This document shows positions 13,801 to 24,106 of a stretch of DNA of 64,000 bases, piece by piece. Under the pieces are notes generated by a model. That model had not been told where the DNA came from and made no database searches. It was given only the letters and a program-made list of their open reading frames with translations. This DNA is from Centroscyllium fabricii (Eukaryota), in the NCBI GenBank assembly GCA_051313645.2, contig JBNRSN020000020.1:106516001-106580000 (forward strand), written 5' to 3'. A program made the position numbers and the translations under genes. The first letter of the stretch is position 1. Each line of letters starts with the position of its first letter.

Positions 13801-16800
13801 TCCTCTTCAGTCAGTAATCTCTCCTCTTCAGTCAGTAATCTCTCATCTTCAGTCAGTAATCTCTCCTCTTCAGTCAGTAATCTCCCCTCTTCAGTCAGTA
13901 ATCTCCCCTCTTCAGTCAGTAATCTCCCCTCTTCAGTCAGTAATCTCTCCTCTTCAGTCAGTAATCTCTCCTCTTCAGTCAGTAATCTCCCCTCTTCAGT
14001 CAGTAATCTCTCCTCTTCAGTCAGTAATCTCCCCTCTTCAGTCAGTAATCTCTCCTCTTCAGTCAGTAATCTCTCCTCTTCCGTCAGTAATCTCCCCTCT
14101 TCAGTCAGTAATCTCTCCTCTTCAGTCAATAATCTCTCCTCTTCAGTCAGTAATCTCTCATCTTCAGTCAGTAATCTCCCCTCTTCAGTCAGTAATCTCT
14201 CCTCTTCAGTCAGTAATCTCCCCTCTTCAATCAGTAATCTCTCATCTTCAGTCAGTAATCTCCCCTCTTCAGTCAGTAATCTCTCCTCTTCAGTCAGTAA
14301 TCTCCCCTCTTCAGTTAGTAATCTCCCCTCTTCAGTCAGTAATCTCTCCTCTTCAGTCAGTAATCTCTCCTCTTCAGTCAGTAATCTCTCTTAATCAGTA
14401 ATCTCCCCTCTTCAGTCAGTAATCTCTCCTCTTCAGTCAGTAATCTATCCTCTTCAGTCAGTAATATCTCCTCTTCAGTCAGTAATCTCCCCTCTTCAGT
14501 CAGTAATCTCTCCTCTTCAGTCAGTAATCTCCCCTCTTCAGTCAGTAATCTCTCCTCTTCAGTCAGTAATCTCTCCTCTTCAGTCAGTAATCTCCCCTCT
14601 TCAGTCAGTAATCTCCCGTCTTCCGTCAGTAATCTCTCCTCTTCAGTCAGTAATCTCTCCTCTTCAGTCAGTAATCTCTCATCTTCAGTCAGTAATCTCT
14701 CCTCTTCAGTCAGTAATCTCCCCTCTTCAGTCAGTAATCTCTCCTCTTCAGTCAATAATCTCTCCTCTTCAGTCAGTAATCTCTCATCTTCAGTCAGTAA
14801 TCTCCCCTCTTCAGTCAGTAATCTCTCCTCTTCAGTCAGTAATCTCCCCTCTTCAGTCAGTAATCTCTCATCTTCAGTCAGTAATCTCCCCTCTTCAGTA
14901 ATCTCTCCTCTTCAGTCAGTAATCTCTCCTCTTCAGTCAGTAATCTCTCTTCACTCAGTAATCTCCCCTCTTCAGTCAGTAATCTCTCCTCTTCAGTCAG
15001 TAATCTCTCCTCTTCAGTCAGTAATCTCTCCTCTTCAGTCAGTAATATCACCTCTTCAGTCATTAATCTCTCCTCTTCAGTCAGTAATCTCTCTTCTTCA
15101 GTCAGTAATCTCTCCTCTTCAGTCAGTAATCTCTCTTCTTCAGTCAGTAATCTCCCCTCTTCAGTCAGTAATCTCTCCTCTTCAGTCAGTAATCTCCCCA
15201 CTTCAGTCAGTAATCTCTCCTCTTCAGTCAGTAATCTCCCCTCTTCAGTCAGTAATCTCTCCTCTTCAGTCAGTAATCTCTCCTCTTCAGTCAGTAATCT
15301 CCCCTCTTCAGTCAGTAATCTCCCGTCTTCCGTCAGTAATCTCTCCTCTTCAGTCAGTAATCTCTCCTCTTCAGTCAGTAATCTCTCATCTTCAGTCAGT
15401 AATCTCTCCTCTTCAGTCAGTAATCTCCCCTCTTCAGTCAGTAATCTCCCCTCTTCAGTCAGTAATCTCTCCTCTTCAGTCAGTAATCTCTCCTCTTCAG
15501 TCAGTAATCTCTCCTCTTCCGTCAGTAATCTCCCCTCTTCAGTCAGTAATCTCTCCTCTTCAGTCATAATCTCCCCTCTTCAGTCAGTAATCTCTCCTCT
15601 TCAGTCAGTAATCTCTCCTCTTCAGTCAGTAATCTCCCCTCTTCAGTCAGTAATCTCTCCTCTTCAGTCAGTAATCTCTCATCTTCAGTCAGTTATCTCT
15701 CCTCTTCAGTCAGTAATCTCCCCTCTTCAGTCAGTAATCTCCCCTCTTCAGTCAGTAATCTCCCCTCTTCAGTCAGTAATCTCTCCTCTTCAGTCAGTAA
15801 TCTCTCCTCTTCAGTCAGTATTCTCTCCTCTTCAGTCAGTAATCTCTCCTCTTCAGTCAGTAATCTCTCCTCTTCAGTCAGTATTCTCTCCTCTTCAGTC
15901 AGTAATCTCTCCTCTTCAGTCAGTAATCTCTCCTCTTCAGTCAGAAATCTCTCCTCTTTATTCAGTAATCTCTACTCTTCAGTCAGTAATCTCACCTCTT
16001 CAGTCATTAATCTCTCCTCTTCAGTCAGTAATCTCTCTTCTTCAGTCAGTAATCTCTCCTCTTCAGTCAGTAATCTCCCCACTTCAGTCAGTAATCTCTC
16101 CTCTTCAGTCAGTAATCTCCCCTCTTCAGTCAGTAATCTCTCCTCTTCAGTCAGTAATCTCTCCTCTTCAGTCAGTAATCTCCCCTCTTCAGTCAGTAAT
16201 CTCCCGTCTTCCGTCAGTAATCTCTCCTCTTCAGTCAGTAATCTCTCCTCTTCAGTCAGTAATCTCCCCTCTTCAGTCAGTAATCTCCCGTCTTCCGTCA
16301 GTAATCTCTCCTCTTCAGTCAGTAATCTCTCCTCTTCAGTCAGTAATCTCTCATCTTCAGTCAGTAATCTCTCCTCTTCAGTCAGTAATCTCCCCTCTTC
16401 AGTCAGTAATCTCCCCTCTTCAGTCAGTAATCTCCCCTCTTCAGTCAGTAATCTCTCCTCTTCAGTCAGTAATCTCTCCTCTTCAGTCAGTAATCTCCCC
16501 TCTTCAGTCAGTAATCTCTCCTCTTCAGTCAGTAATCTCCCCTCTTCAGTCAGTAATCTCTCCTCTTCAGTCAGTAATCTCTCCTCTTCCGTCAGTAATC
16601 TCCCCTCTTCAGTCAGTAATCTCTCCTCTTCAGTCAATAATCTCTCCTCTTCAGTCAGTAATCTCTCATCTTCAGTCAGTAATCTCCCCTCTTCAGTCAG
16701 TAATCTCTCCTCTTCAGTCAGTAATCTCCCCTCTTCAGTCAGTAATCTCTCATCTTCAGTCAGTAATCTCCCCTCTTCAGTCAGTAATCTCTCCTCTTCA

Positions 16801-18480
16801 GTCAGTAATCTCCCCTCTTCAGTTAGTAATCTCCCCTCTTCAGTCAGTAATCTCTCCTCTTCAGTCAGTAATCTCTCCTCTTCAGTCAGTAATCTCTCTT
16901 AATCAGTAATCTCCCCTCTTCAGTCAGTAATCTCTCCTCTTCAGTCAGTAATCTATCCTCTTCAGTCAGTAATCTCTCCTCTTCAGTCAGTAATCTCCCC
17001 TCTTCAGTCAGTAATCTCTCCTCTTCAGTCAGTAATCTCCCCTCTTCAGTCAGTAATCTCTCCTCTTCAGTCAGTAATCTCTCCTCTTCAGTCAGTAATC
17101 TCCCCTCTTCAGTCAGTAATCTCCCGTCTTCCGTCAGTAATCTCTCCTCTTCAGTCAGTAATCTCTCCTCTTCAGTCAGTAATCTCTCATCTTCAGTCAG
17201 TAATCTCTCCTCTTCAGTCAGTAATCTCCCCTCTTCAGTCAGTAATCTCTCCTCTTCAGTCAATAATCTCTCCTCTTCAGTCAGTAATCTCTCATCTTCA
17301 GTCAGTAATCTCCCCTCTTCAGTCAGTAATCTCTCCTCTTCAGTCAGTAATCTCCCCTCTTCAGTCAGTAATCTCTCATCTTCAGTCAGTAATCTCCCCT
17401 CTTCAGTAATCTCTCCTCTTCAGTCAGTAATCTCTCCTCTTCAGTCAGTAATCTCTCTTCACTCAGTAATCTCCCCTCTTCAGTCAGTAATCTCTCCTCT
17501 TCAGTCAGTAATCTCTCCTCTTCAGTCAGTAATCTCTCCTCTTCAGTCAGTAATATCACCTCTTCAGTCATTAATCTCTCCTCTTCAGTCAGTAATCTCT
17601 CTTCTTCAGTCAGTAATCTCTCCTCTTCAGTCAGTAATCTCTCTTCTTCAGTCAGTAATCTCCCCTCTTCAGTCAGTAATCTCTCCTCTTCAGTCAGTAA
17701 TCTCCCCACTTCAGTCAGTAATCTCTCCTCTTCAGTCAGTAATCTCCCCTCTTCAGTCAGTAATCTCTCCTCTTCAGTCAGTAATCTCTCCTCTTCAGTC
17801 AGTAATCTCCCCTCTTCAGTCAGTAATCTCCCATCTTCCGTCAGTAATCTCTCCTCTTCAGTCAGTAATCTCTCCTCTTCAGTCAGTAATCTCTCATCTT
17901 CAGTCAGTAATCTCTCCTCTTCAGTCAGTAATCTCCCCTCTTCAGTCAGTAATCTCCCCTCTTCAGTCAGTAATCTCTCCTCTTCAGTCAGTAATCTCTC
18001 CTCTTCAGTCAGTAATCTCTCCTCTTCCGTCAGTAATCTCCCCTCTTCAGTCAGTAATCTCTCCTCTTCAGTCATAATCTCCCCTCTTCAGTCAGTAATC
18101 TCTCCTCTTCAGTCAGTAATCTCTCCTCTTCAGTCAGTAATCTCCCCTCTTCAGTCAGTAATCTCTCCTCTTCAGTCAGTAATGTCTCATCTTCAGTCAG
18201 TTATCTCTCCTCTTCAGTCAGTAATCTCCCCTCTTCAGTCAGTAATCTCCCCTCTTCAGTCAGTAATCTCCCCTCTTCAGTCAGTAATCTCTCCTCTTCA
18301 GTCAGTAATCTCTCCTCTTCAGTCAGTATTCTCTCCTCTTCAGTCAGTAATCTCTCCTCTTCAGTCAGTAATCTCTCCTCTTCAGTCAGTATTCTCTCCT
18401 CTTCAGTCAGTAATCTCTCCTCTTCAGTCAGTAATCTCTCCTCTTCAGTCAGAAATCTCTCCTCTTTATTCAGTAATCTC

Positions 18481-19031
18481 TGTCATGGGTGGACTGTCAC
18501 TTTAAATGTCTAGGCTGCAGTTCATTATTGGATCATCACCTATTGTAATGTAACACATCTGATTGGTCTAAATTCTAGATATAAGCCACCTGTTAGCCCT
18601 AGGACTTTGTCGGAGTGTTATTTCTATGCTGCTGGTTTAAGAGTTCTGTTATTTCCTGTTACCTGTTATTTCTGGAGTTATATTTGTATTCGTTTCCAAT
18701 CGTTTTGGATTCCTGGTTCCTGCCGTGTGAGATTACCTGGTACACCGATCAAGGAGTGTCCTTTCCTGAACTGTGATTATTGGAAGTACTGCAGCACCAG
18801 ACTTTTGGGCCTTGCTTTTTCAACCACCAAGGATTGGGGTTTGGACATTTGAACTCTGGCTTACCGGCTATCGGTATTTTGGACTACTGTTGCTTTATTG
18901 TGCATTGTGGATTATACTCTATGTGTTTTGATATCTTTATATGCACTGTTGTTATAATTAGGATTAAAGCACCCATTTACTATAGACTGTCTCCGGTGTT
19001 CTGCTATTGGGTTCGAAACCGAACCATTACA
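18481..19031 (+). repeat. 5' LTR (551 bp)
   Basis: TGTCATGGG...CCATTACA repeated at +5075; reverse CCAAT (GATTGG 18561), TATAAG 18580, ATTAAA 18963. Confidence 0.97.
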
Positions 19032-19032
19032 G

Positions 19033-19043
19033 AACACTCCGAC
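19033..19043 (+). promoter_or_regulatory. Self-priming primer-binding site (AACACTCCGAC)
   Basis: Exact reverse complement of GTCGGAGTGTT at 18609-18619, about 29 nt downstream of the TATA box; no TGG tRNA-type PBS. Confidence 0.85.
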
Positions 19044-19048
19044 CAATC

Positions 19049-20005
19049 ATGAACCCAGCAGACACACCGGGACGTCTGGCGCGCATGGAGGAGGTCCTGA
19101 CACTTCAGGGTCAGGCTTTTGGGGATTTGTTCTCTAAAATAGAACGGCTAACCTCTGACATGAGGGCGTTCGCTGTAGCAAACCCAGCAGGGACTTCTTC
19201 CACACCGGAACCTGTTTCAACAGCTGAATCAGTTTTCCTGCCTCTACTTCAGAGCTTCACACCCGAGCCCCGGGTTGGAGCACCAGAGCGTTATGCTGGT
19301 GAACCAGAACAGTGCGACCCCTTCATTACGAACTGTTCTATTTTGTTTTCCCTACAACCGCGCACCTTTGCCAGCGAGAAGGCAAGAGTAGCATTTATGA
19401 TCAACCATCTCTCGGGGAGAGCTAGACTCTGGGGTACTGCCGAGTGGGAGAGAGATACTCCGGCATGCAGTTCTTTCAGAACCTTTTCTGGGGAGTTGAG
19501 AAGAGTTTTTGGCAGGGTAGCCTTTGAGGTGGAGACGGCTGAGGGCCTTATGAGTATGAACCAGGGAAATCAGACGGTGGTGGACTATGCCATTGATTTT
19601 CGGATCAAGGCTCGTCGGAGCAATTGGAACATGGCTGCCCAATGTGAGGTTTTCCTGCATGGATTGGCGGGATACGTCAAGGATGAATTAGTATCACATA
19701 ATCTCCCTTCTACTTTGGATGAGATCATCAGTCTGGTTACTAGGATTGATCTAAGGATCCAGGCACGACAGCGTGAGAGAGGATTGGGAGAGACGGGTCA
19801 TCATCCTGGTAAACGGGTTCAGGAGAGATTCGTGGCGCCCAGAGATTCGGCCACGTCAGGGATTCCCGAACCCATGCAGTTAGGACGCACAGGTATTTCG
19901 CCATTAGAGCACAGTCGGCGCCGCAGGAGCCGTTTATGCCTATACTGTGGTCAGGCCGGCCATTTTGTCGTAGGATGCCCGGTAAAAGACCAGACTCACC
20001 AGTAG
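19049..20005 (+). CDS. gag: Gag (318 aa; retrotransposon capsid plus CCHC zinc knuckle)
   Basis: ATG at 19049 just after the PBS; PERYAG...L.GRARLW capsid motifs, [21 protein letters not shown]. Confidence 0.93.
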   Translation: MNPADTPGRLARMEEVLTLQGQAFGDLFSKIERLTSDMRAFAVANPAGTSSTPEPVSTAESVFLPLLQSFTPEPRVGAPERYAGEPEQCDPFITNCSILFSLQPRTFASEKARVAFMINHLSGRARLWGTAEWERDTPACSSFRTFSGELRRVFGRVAFEVETAEGLMSMNQGNQTVVDYAIDFRIKARRSNWNMAAQCEVFLHGLAGYVKDELVSHNLPSTLDEIISLVTRIDLRIQARQRERGLGETGHHPGKRVQERFVAPRDSATSGIPEPMQLGRTGISPLEHSRRRRSRLCLYCGQAGHFVVGCPVKDQTHQ

Positions 20006-23000
20006 AGGGAGTCGTACTGGTGAGCCGAACTCCGATTAGACTCTCTTCAAATTCACGGCCTTTGTGCCAGGCTCGACTTCTTCTGCCGTCAGGATCTCGG
20101 AAGTTTGCCATATTTATCGACTCGGGGGCAGATGTTAATATCATTGATAAGGACCTGGTTACACAGTTGGGGATCGACCGGTGTCCACTGCCGCAACCTG
20201 TTGCTGCCAACGCTCTTGATGGCCACCTTCTGGGAACAGTGACTCATCAGACGTCGCCCATTCACTTATTGTTTTCAGGGAATCATCATGAAAGCATTCG
20301 GTTCCATATCCTGGATTCGCCTCAGCTTCCTCTTATTCTGGGACACGCGTGGCTTCGTCGTCACAATCCCCACATTGACTGGAACACGGGAGCCATTTTG
20401 GGTTGGAGTCATTCCTGTCACCAAGTCTGCTTAAAACAAGCCACTGGAGGCCGTCAGTCGGTCACACCTCTTCCCAGTTCTGATCTCTCTGCGGTTCCTA
20501 CCGAGTATCATGATTTCAGGGAGGTATTTAGTAAGGCTAGAGCCACTTCGCTACCTCCACATCGCCCATACGATTGTGCTATTGATTTATTACCAGGCTC
20601 CTCTCCACCCAGGGGGCGCCTGTATTCACTATCGGCACCTGAGAGGAGGGCCATGGAGGTCTATATCGAGGACTCAATATCTGCTGGGATCATCCGTTCT
20701 TCCTCTTCTCCAGCAGGGGCAGGATTCTTCTTCGTTGGCAAGAAGGACGGTTCGCTCCGGCCTTGTATCGATTATAGAGGACTTAATGATATCACTATCA
20801 AGAATCGGTATCCTCTGCCTCTTATCTCGTCAGCATTTGAATTAATTCAGGGAGCTACCATCTTTTCTAAATTGGATCTGCGCAACGCGTACCATCTGGT
20901 CCGGATAAGAGAGGGCGATGAGTGGAAAACCGCTTTCAACACTCCGTCTGGCCATTACGAATATCTAGTTATGCCGTTCGGGTTAACCAACGCCCCGGCG
21001 GTATTTCAAGCCCTGGTCAACGACGTTCTTCGGGACATGCTGAATATTTTTGTTTTTGTGTACATGGACGATATTCTTATATTTTCAAAGACTCAGGAGG
21101 AACATGTGCATCACGTACAGACGGTTTTGCAAAGGCTTCTAGAAAACTCTTTATTTGTAAAAGCCGAGAAATGTGAGTTTCATGTGACCACCGTTTCATT
21201 CCTGGGCTATATCATCGCGCAGGGGAGCGTGCGAATGGACCCGGAGAAGGTGACAGCCGTTACGTCTTGGCCTAGTCCGGAGAATCGCAAGCAATTACAA
21301 CGGTTCTTGGGTTTCGCTAACTTTTACCGAAGATTTATTCGGGGCTATAGCACGGTAGCGGCACCATTATCGGCGCTTACATCTTCTAAGGTGCCATTCA
21401 GATGGTCTATCGCTGCTGAGGAGGCGTTTAAGGAACTCGGGTCCCGCTTTACTTCGGCTCCCATTCTGCAGGTGCCTGACCCGGATCAACAATTTGTAGT
21501 AGAGGTGGATGCATCGGATGTGGGAGTTGGAGCCATCTTATCCCAGAAGTCAGTTTCGGACCAGAAGATCCATCCATGTGCCTTCTTCTCCAAGCGTCTT
21601 TCACCAGCAGAAATGAATTATGATATCGGGGACAGAGAATTGCTGGCGGTCAAGATGGCCTTAGAGGAGTGGCGCCACTGGCTGGAGGGGACCAAGCTGC
21701 CATTTCTTGTGTGGACGGATCACAAAAATTTGGAGTATATACGTACGGCCAAAAGGCTAAATTCACGGCAGGCTAGGTGGTCTCTTTTTTTTACGCGATT
21801 CCACTTCACCCTCTCCTACAGGCCTGGCTCCCGCAACATCAAACCCGATGCTCTATCGCGCCTATTTACGAGAGAGGAGGGTTCCGCCCCAGGGCCAGAC
21901 CTCATTTTGCCAGCCTCCTGCCGTATTGCTGCGGTTACATGGGAGATCGAGGAGAGGGTAAGAGCAGCTGCGGGGGAGCAGGGCGGGCCCAGCGGTTGTC
22001 CTCCCGACCGTTTGTTTGTGCCTAAGAACATTCGATCGGATGTCCTTCAGTGGGCTCATGCGTCCAAGCTGTCCTGCCATCCTGGGGCACTCAGGACCAA
22101 GGAGGTGATTTTGCGAAGGTTCTGGTGGGACACGCTAGAGGAGGATACTCGGAGTTTCGTCAATGCCTGTCCGATTTGCAACCAGCACAAGTCTTCTCGG
22201 CGGGCACCTGCTGGCCTGCTTCAACCATTGCCTATACCCCATCGGCCTTGGTCTCACATAGCCCTGGATTTTGTCACAGGGCTACCCTCATCCAAGGGAC
22301 TGACCACGGTACTAACGGTGGTGGACAGGTTTAGCAAGATGGCACATTTTATACCCTTGGCTAAGCTGCCCTCTGCTAAAGAAACTGCAGAGCTCATGTT
22401 GCAGCACGTGTTTCGGCTTCATGGGCTTCCGGTGGATGTGGTGTCTGATCGAGGTCCCCAATTTACTTCGATATTTTGGAGGGAATTCTGCAGTCTCATC
22501 GGGGCCAAGGTCAGTCTGTCGTCGGGATTCCATCCCCAGTCTAATGGACAATCGGAGAGGATGAATCAGGAGATGGAGAAGGCACTTCGGTGCATGATCT
22601 CCAAAAATCCCTCTTCCTGGTCCACATTACTATTGTGGGTGGAGTATGCGCACAACACGCTGACTAGTTCCGCTACAGGACTTTCGCCCTTTCAGTGCGC
22701 ATATGGGTTCCAGCCTCCATTGTTTCCGGACCTAGAGAAGGAGGTATCTTGTCCGTCCGTCCAGGACTTCATCCAACGATGCCACAGGACATGGGAACAA
22801 GCGCGGATGTCGCTCCTTCGCTCGGCGGATCGATACTCGGCTTCGGCCAACCGTCGTCGTTCTACTGCTCCGGAGTATCGGGTCGGGCAGAAGGTTTGGC
22901 TCTCCACAAAGGATCTGCCTCTCCAAGTGGAGTCCAAAAAACTCGCTCCCAGATTTATCGGACCGTTCGTGGTTGAAAAGATCATTAACCCCGCTGCGGT

Positions 23001-23478
23001 ACGACTCAAGCTCCCCAAGTCCATGAGGGTTCATCCCACTTTCCACGTATCACGTATAAAGCCTGCTCAGGAGAGTGCCTTAGTACCCGTTTCCGCACCC
23101 CCTCCACCTCCTCGTATGCTCGACGGTGGATTAGTGTACACGGTCCGTCGTTTGCTTGACTCCCGTCGCCGAGGAAAGGGACTTCAGTACCTAGTGGACT
23201 GGGAAGGGTATGGTCCTGAGGAGAGGTCCTGGGTCCCTGCTCGGAATATCATGGATCCCAAACTTATTTCCGACTTTCGCAAACAGCACCCTGGTCAACC
23301 GAGAAAGGGGAGGGCGATTCCTAGGAGACCTGGACAGGTTTTCGACCCCATTTTGAGTCAGGTGGACCTGGACGATAGGGTGGCATCTGATGACGAGGGC
23401 CCTGAAATAATGGGGCAGGATGATTCTGTTTCACCAGATGAGGAGATGGACATTGACAAGAGACCCGAAAATTGTTAG
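19936..23478 (+). CDS. pol: Pol: protease, RT, RNase H, integrase, chromodomain (probably made as a Gag-Pol fusion)
   Basis: IDSGA; [31 protein letters not shown]; VDASD, ELLAVK, TDHKNL; HHCC zinc finger, [17 protein letters not shown]; [16 protein letters not shown]. 1180 codons without a stop. Confidence 0.97.
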   Translation: MPILWSGRPFCRRMPGKRPDSPVEGVVLVSRTPIRLSSNSRPLCQARLLLPSGSRKFAIFIDSGADVNIIDKDLVTQLGIDRCPLPQPVAANALDGHLLGTVTHQTSPIHLLFSGNHHESIRFHILDSPQLPLILGHAWLRRHNPHIDWNTGAILGWSHSCHQVCLKQATGGRQSVTPLPSSDLSAVPTEYHDFREVFSKARATSLPPHRPYDCAIDLLPGSSPPRGRLYSLSAPERRAMEVYIEDSISAGIIRSSSSPAGAGFFFVGKKDGSLRPCIDYRGLNDITIKNRYPLPLISSAFELIQGATIFSKLDLRNAYHLVRIREGDEWKTAFNTPSGHYEYLVMPFGLTNAPAVFQALVNDVLRDMLNIFVFVYMDDILIFSKTQEEHVHHVQTVLQRLLENSLFVKAEKCEFHVTTVSFLGYIIAQGSVRMDPEKVTAVTSWPSPENRKQLQRFLGFANFYRRFIRGYSTVAAPLSALTSSKVPFRWSIAAEEAFKELGSRFTSAPILQVPDPDQQFVVEVDASDVGVGAILSQKSVSDQKIHPCAFFSKRLSPAEMNYDIGDRELLAVKMALEEWRHWLEGTKLPFLVWTDHKNLEYIRTAKRLNSRQARWSLFFTRFHFTLSYRPGSRNIKPDALSRLFTREEGSAPGPDLILPASCRIAAVTWEIEERVRAAAGEQGGPSGCPPDRLFVPKNIRSDVLQWAHASKLSCHPGALRTKEVILRRFWWDTLEEDTRSFVNACPICNQHKSSRRAPAGLLQPLPIPHRPWSHIALDFVTGLPSSKGLTTVLTVVDRFSKMAHFIPLAKLPSAKETAELMLQHVFRLHGLPVDVVSDRGPQFTSIFWREFCSLIGAKVSLSSGFHPQSNGQSERMNQEMEKALRCMISKNPSSWSTLLLWVEYAHNTLTSSATGLSPFQCAYGFQPPLFPDLEKEVSCPSVQDFIQRCHRTWEQARMSLLRSADRYSASANRRRSTAPEYRVGQKVWLSTKDLPLQVESKKLAPRFIGPFVVEKIINPAAVRLKLPKSMRVHPTFHVSRIKPAQESALVPVSAPPPPPRMLDGGLVYTVRRLLDSRRRGKGLQYLVDWEGYGPEERSWVPARNIMDPKLISDFRKQHPGQPRKGRAIPRRPGQVFDPILSQVDLDDRVASDDEGPEIMGQDDSVSPDEEMDIDKRPENC
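19981..20047 (+). promoter_or_regulatory. Putative -1 ribosomal frameshift signal (G GTA AAA plus pseudoknot)
   Basis: Pol is in the -1 frame; heptamer 19981-19987, 7-nt spacer, perfect 10-bp stem CTCACCAGTA (19995-20004)/TACTGGTGAG (20015-20024); the loop can pair with 20039-20047. Confidence 0.75.
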
Positions 23479-23542
23479 TTCCTTCTCCCCGCCAACCCGG
23501 TTGTAGGCGATTGGGTTTTGGGGACGTCAGGTGGCGTCCCTT

Positions 23543-23552
23543 AAGGGGGGGG
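23543..23552 (+). other. Polypurine tract AAGGGGGGGG preceded by hairpin GGGACGTC-AGGT-GGCGTCCC (23521-23540)
   Basis: Lies 3 nt before the 3' LTR. Confidence 0.9.
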
Positions 23553-23555
23553 TTC

Positions 23556-24106
23556 TGTCATGGGTGGACTGTCACTTTAAATGTCTAGGCTGCAGTTCAT
23601 TATTGGATCATCACCTATTGTAATGTAACACATCTGATTGGTCTAAATTCTAGATATAAGCCACCTGTTAGCCCTAGGACTTTGTCGGAGTGTTATTTCT
23701 ATGCTGCTGGTTTAAGAGTTCTGTTATTTCCTGTTACCTGTTATTTCTGGAGTTATATTTGTATTCGTTTCCAATCGTTTTGGATTCCTGGTTCCTGCCG
23801 TGTGAGATTACCTGGTACACCGATCAAGGAGTGTCCTTTCCTGAACTGTGATTATTGGAAGTACTGCAGCACCAGACTTTTGGGCCTTGCTTTTTCAACC
23901 ACCAAGGATTGGGGTTTGGACATTTGAACTCTGGCTTACCGGCTATCGGTATTTTGGACTACTGTTGCTTTATTGTGCATTGTGGATTATACTCTATGTG
24001 TTTTGATATCTTTATATGCACTGTTGTTATAATTAGGATTAAAGCACCCATTTACTATAGACTGTCTCCGGTGTTCTGCTATTGGGTTCGAAACCGAACC
24101 ATTACA
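23556..24106 (+). repeat. 3' LTR (551 bp)
   Basis: No difference from the 5' LTR seen by eye; LTR-internal ORF translations in the track are identical. Confidence 0.97.

Larger units (their letters stand above)
18481..24106 (+). mobile_element. Full-length Ty3/Gypsy chromovirus LTR retrotransposon (Tf1/sushi type)
   Basis: Two 551-bp TG...CA LTRs, gag and pol, polypurine tract, flanking duplication AATCTC (18475-18480 and 24107-24112). Confidence 0.98.

Noticed and set aside
18607-19052. Small ORFs in the LTRs (81 and 90 aa; repeated at 23682 and 23855)
   Set aside because: Non-ATG starts and no motifs; duplicated only because the LTRs are.
19352-23046. Antisense and alternative-frame ORFs within gag/pol
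   Set aside because: Short shadows of the coding strand with no recognisable domains.
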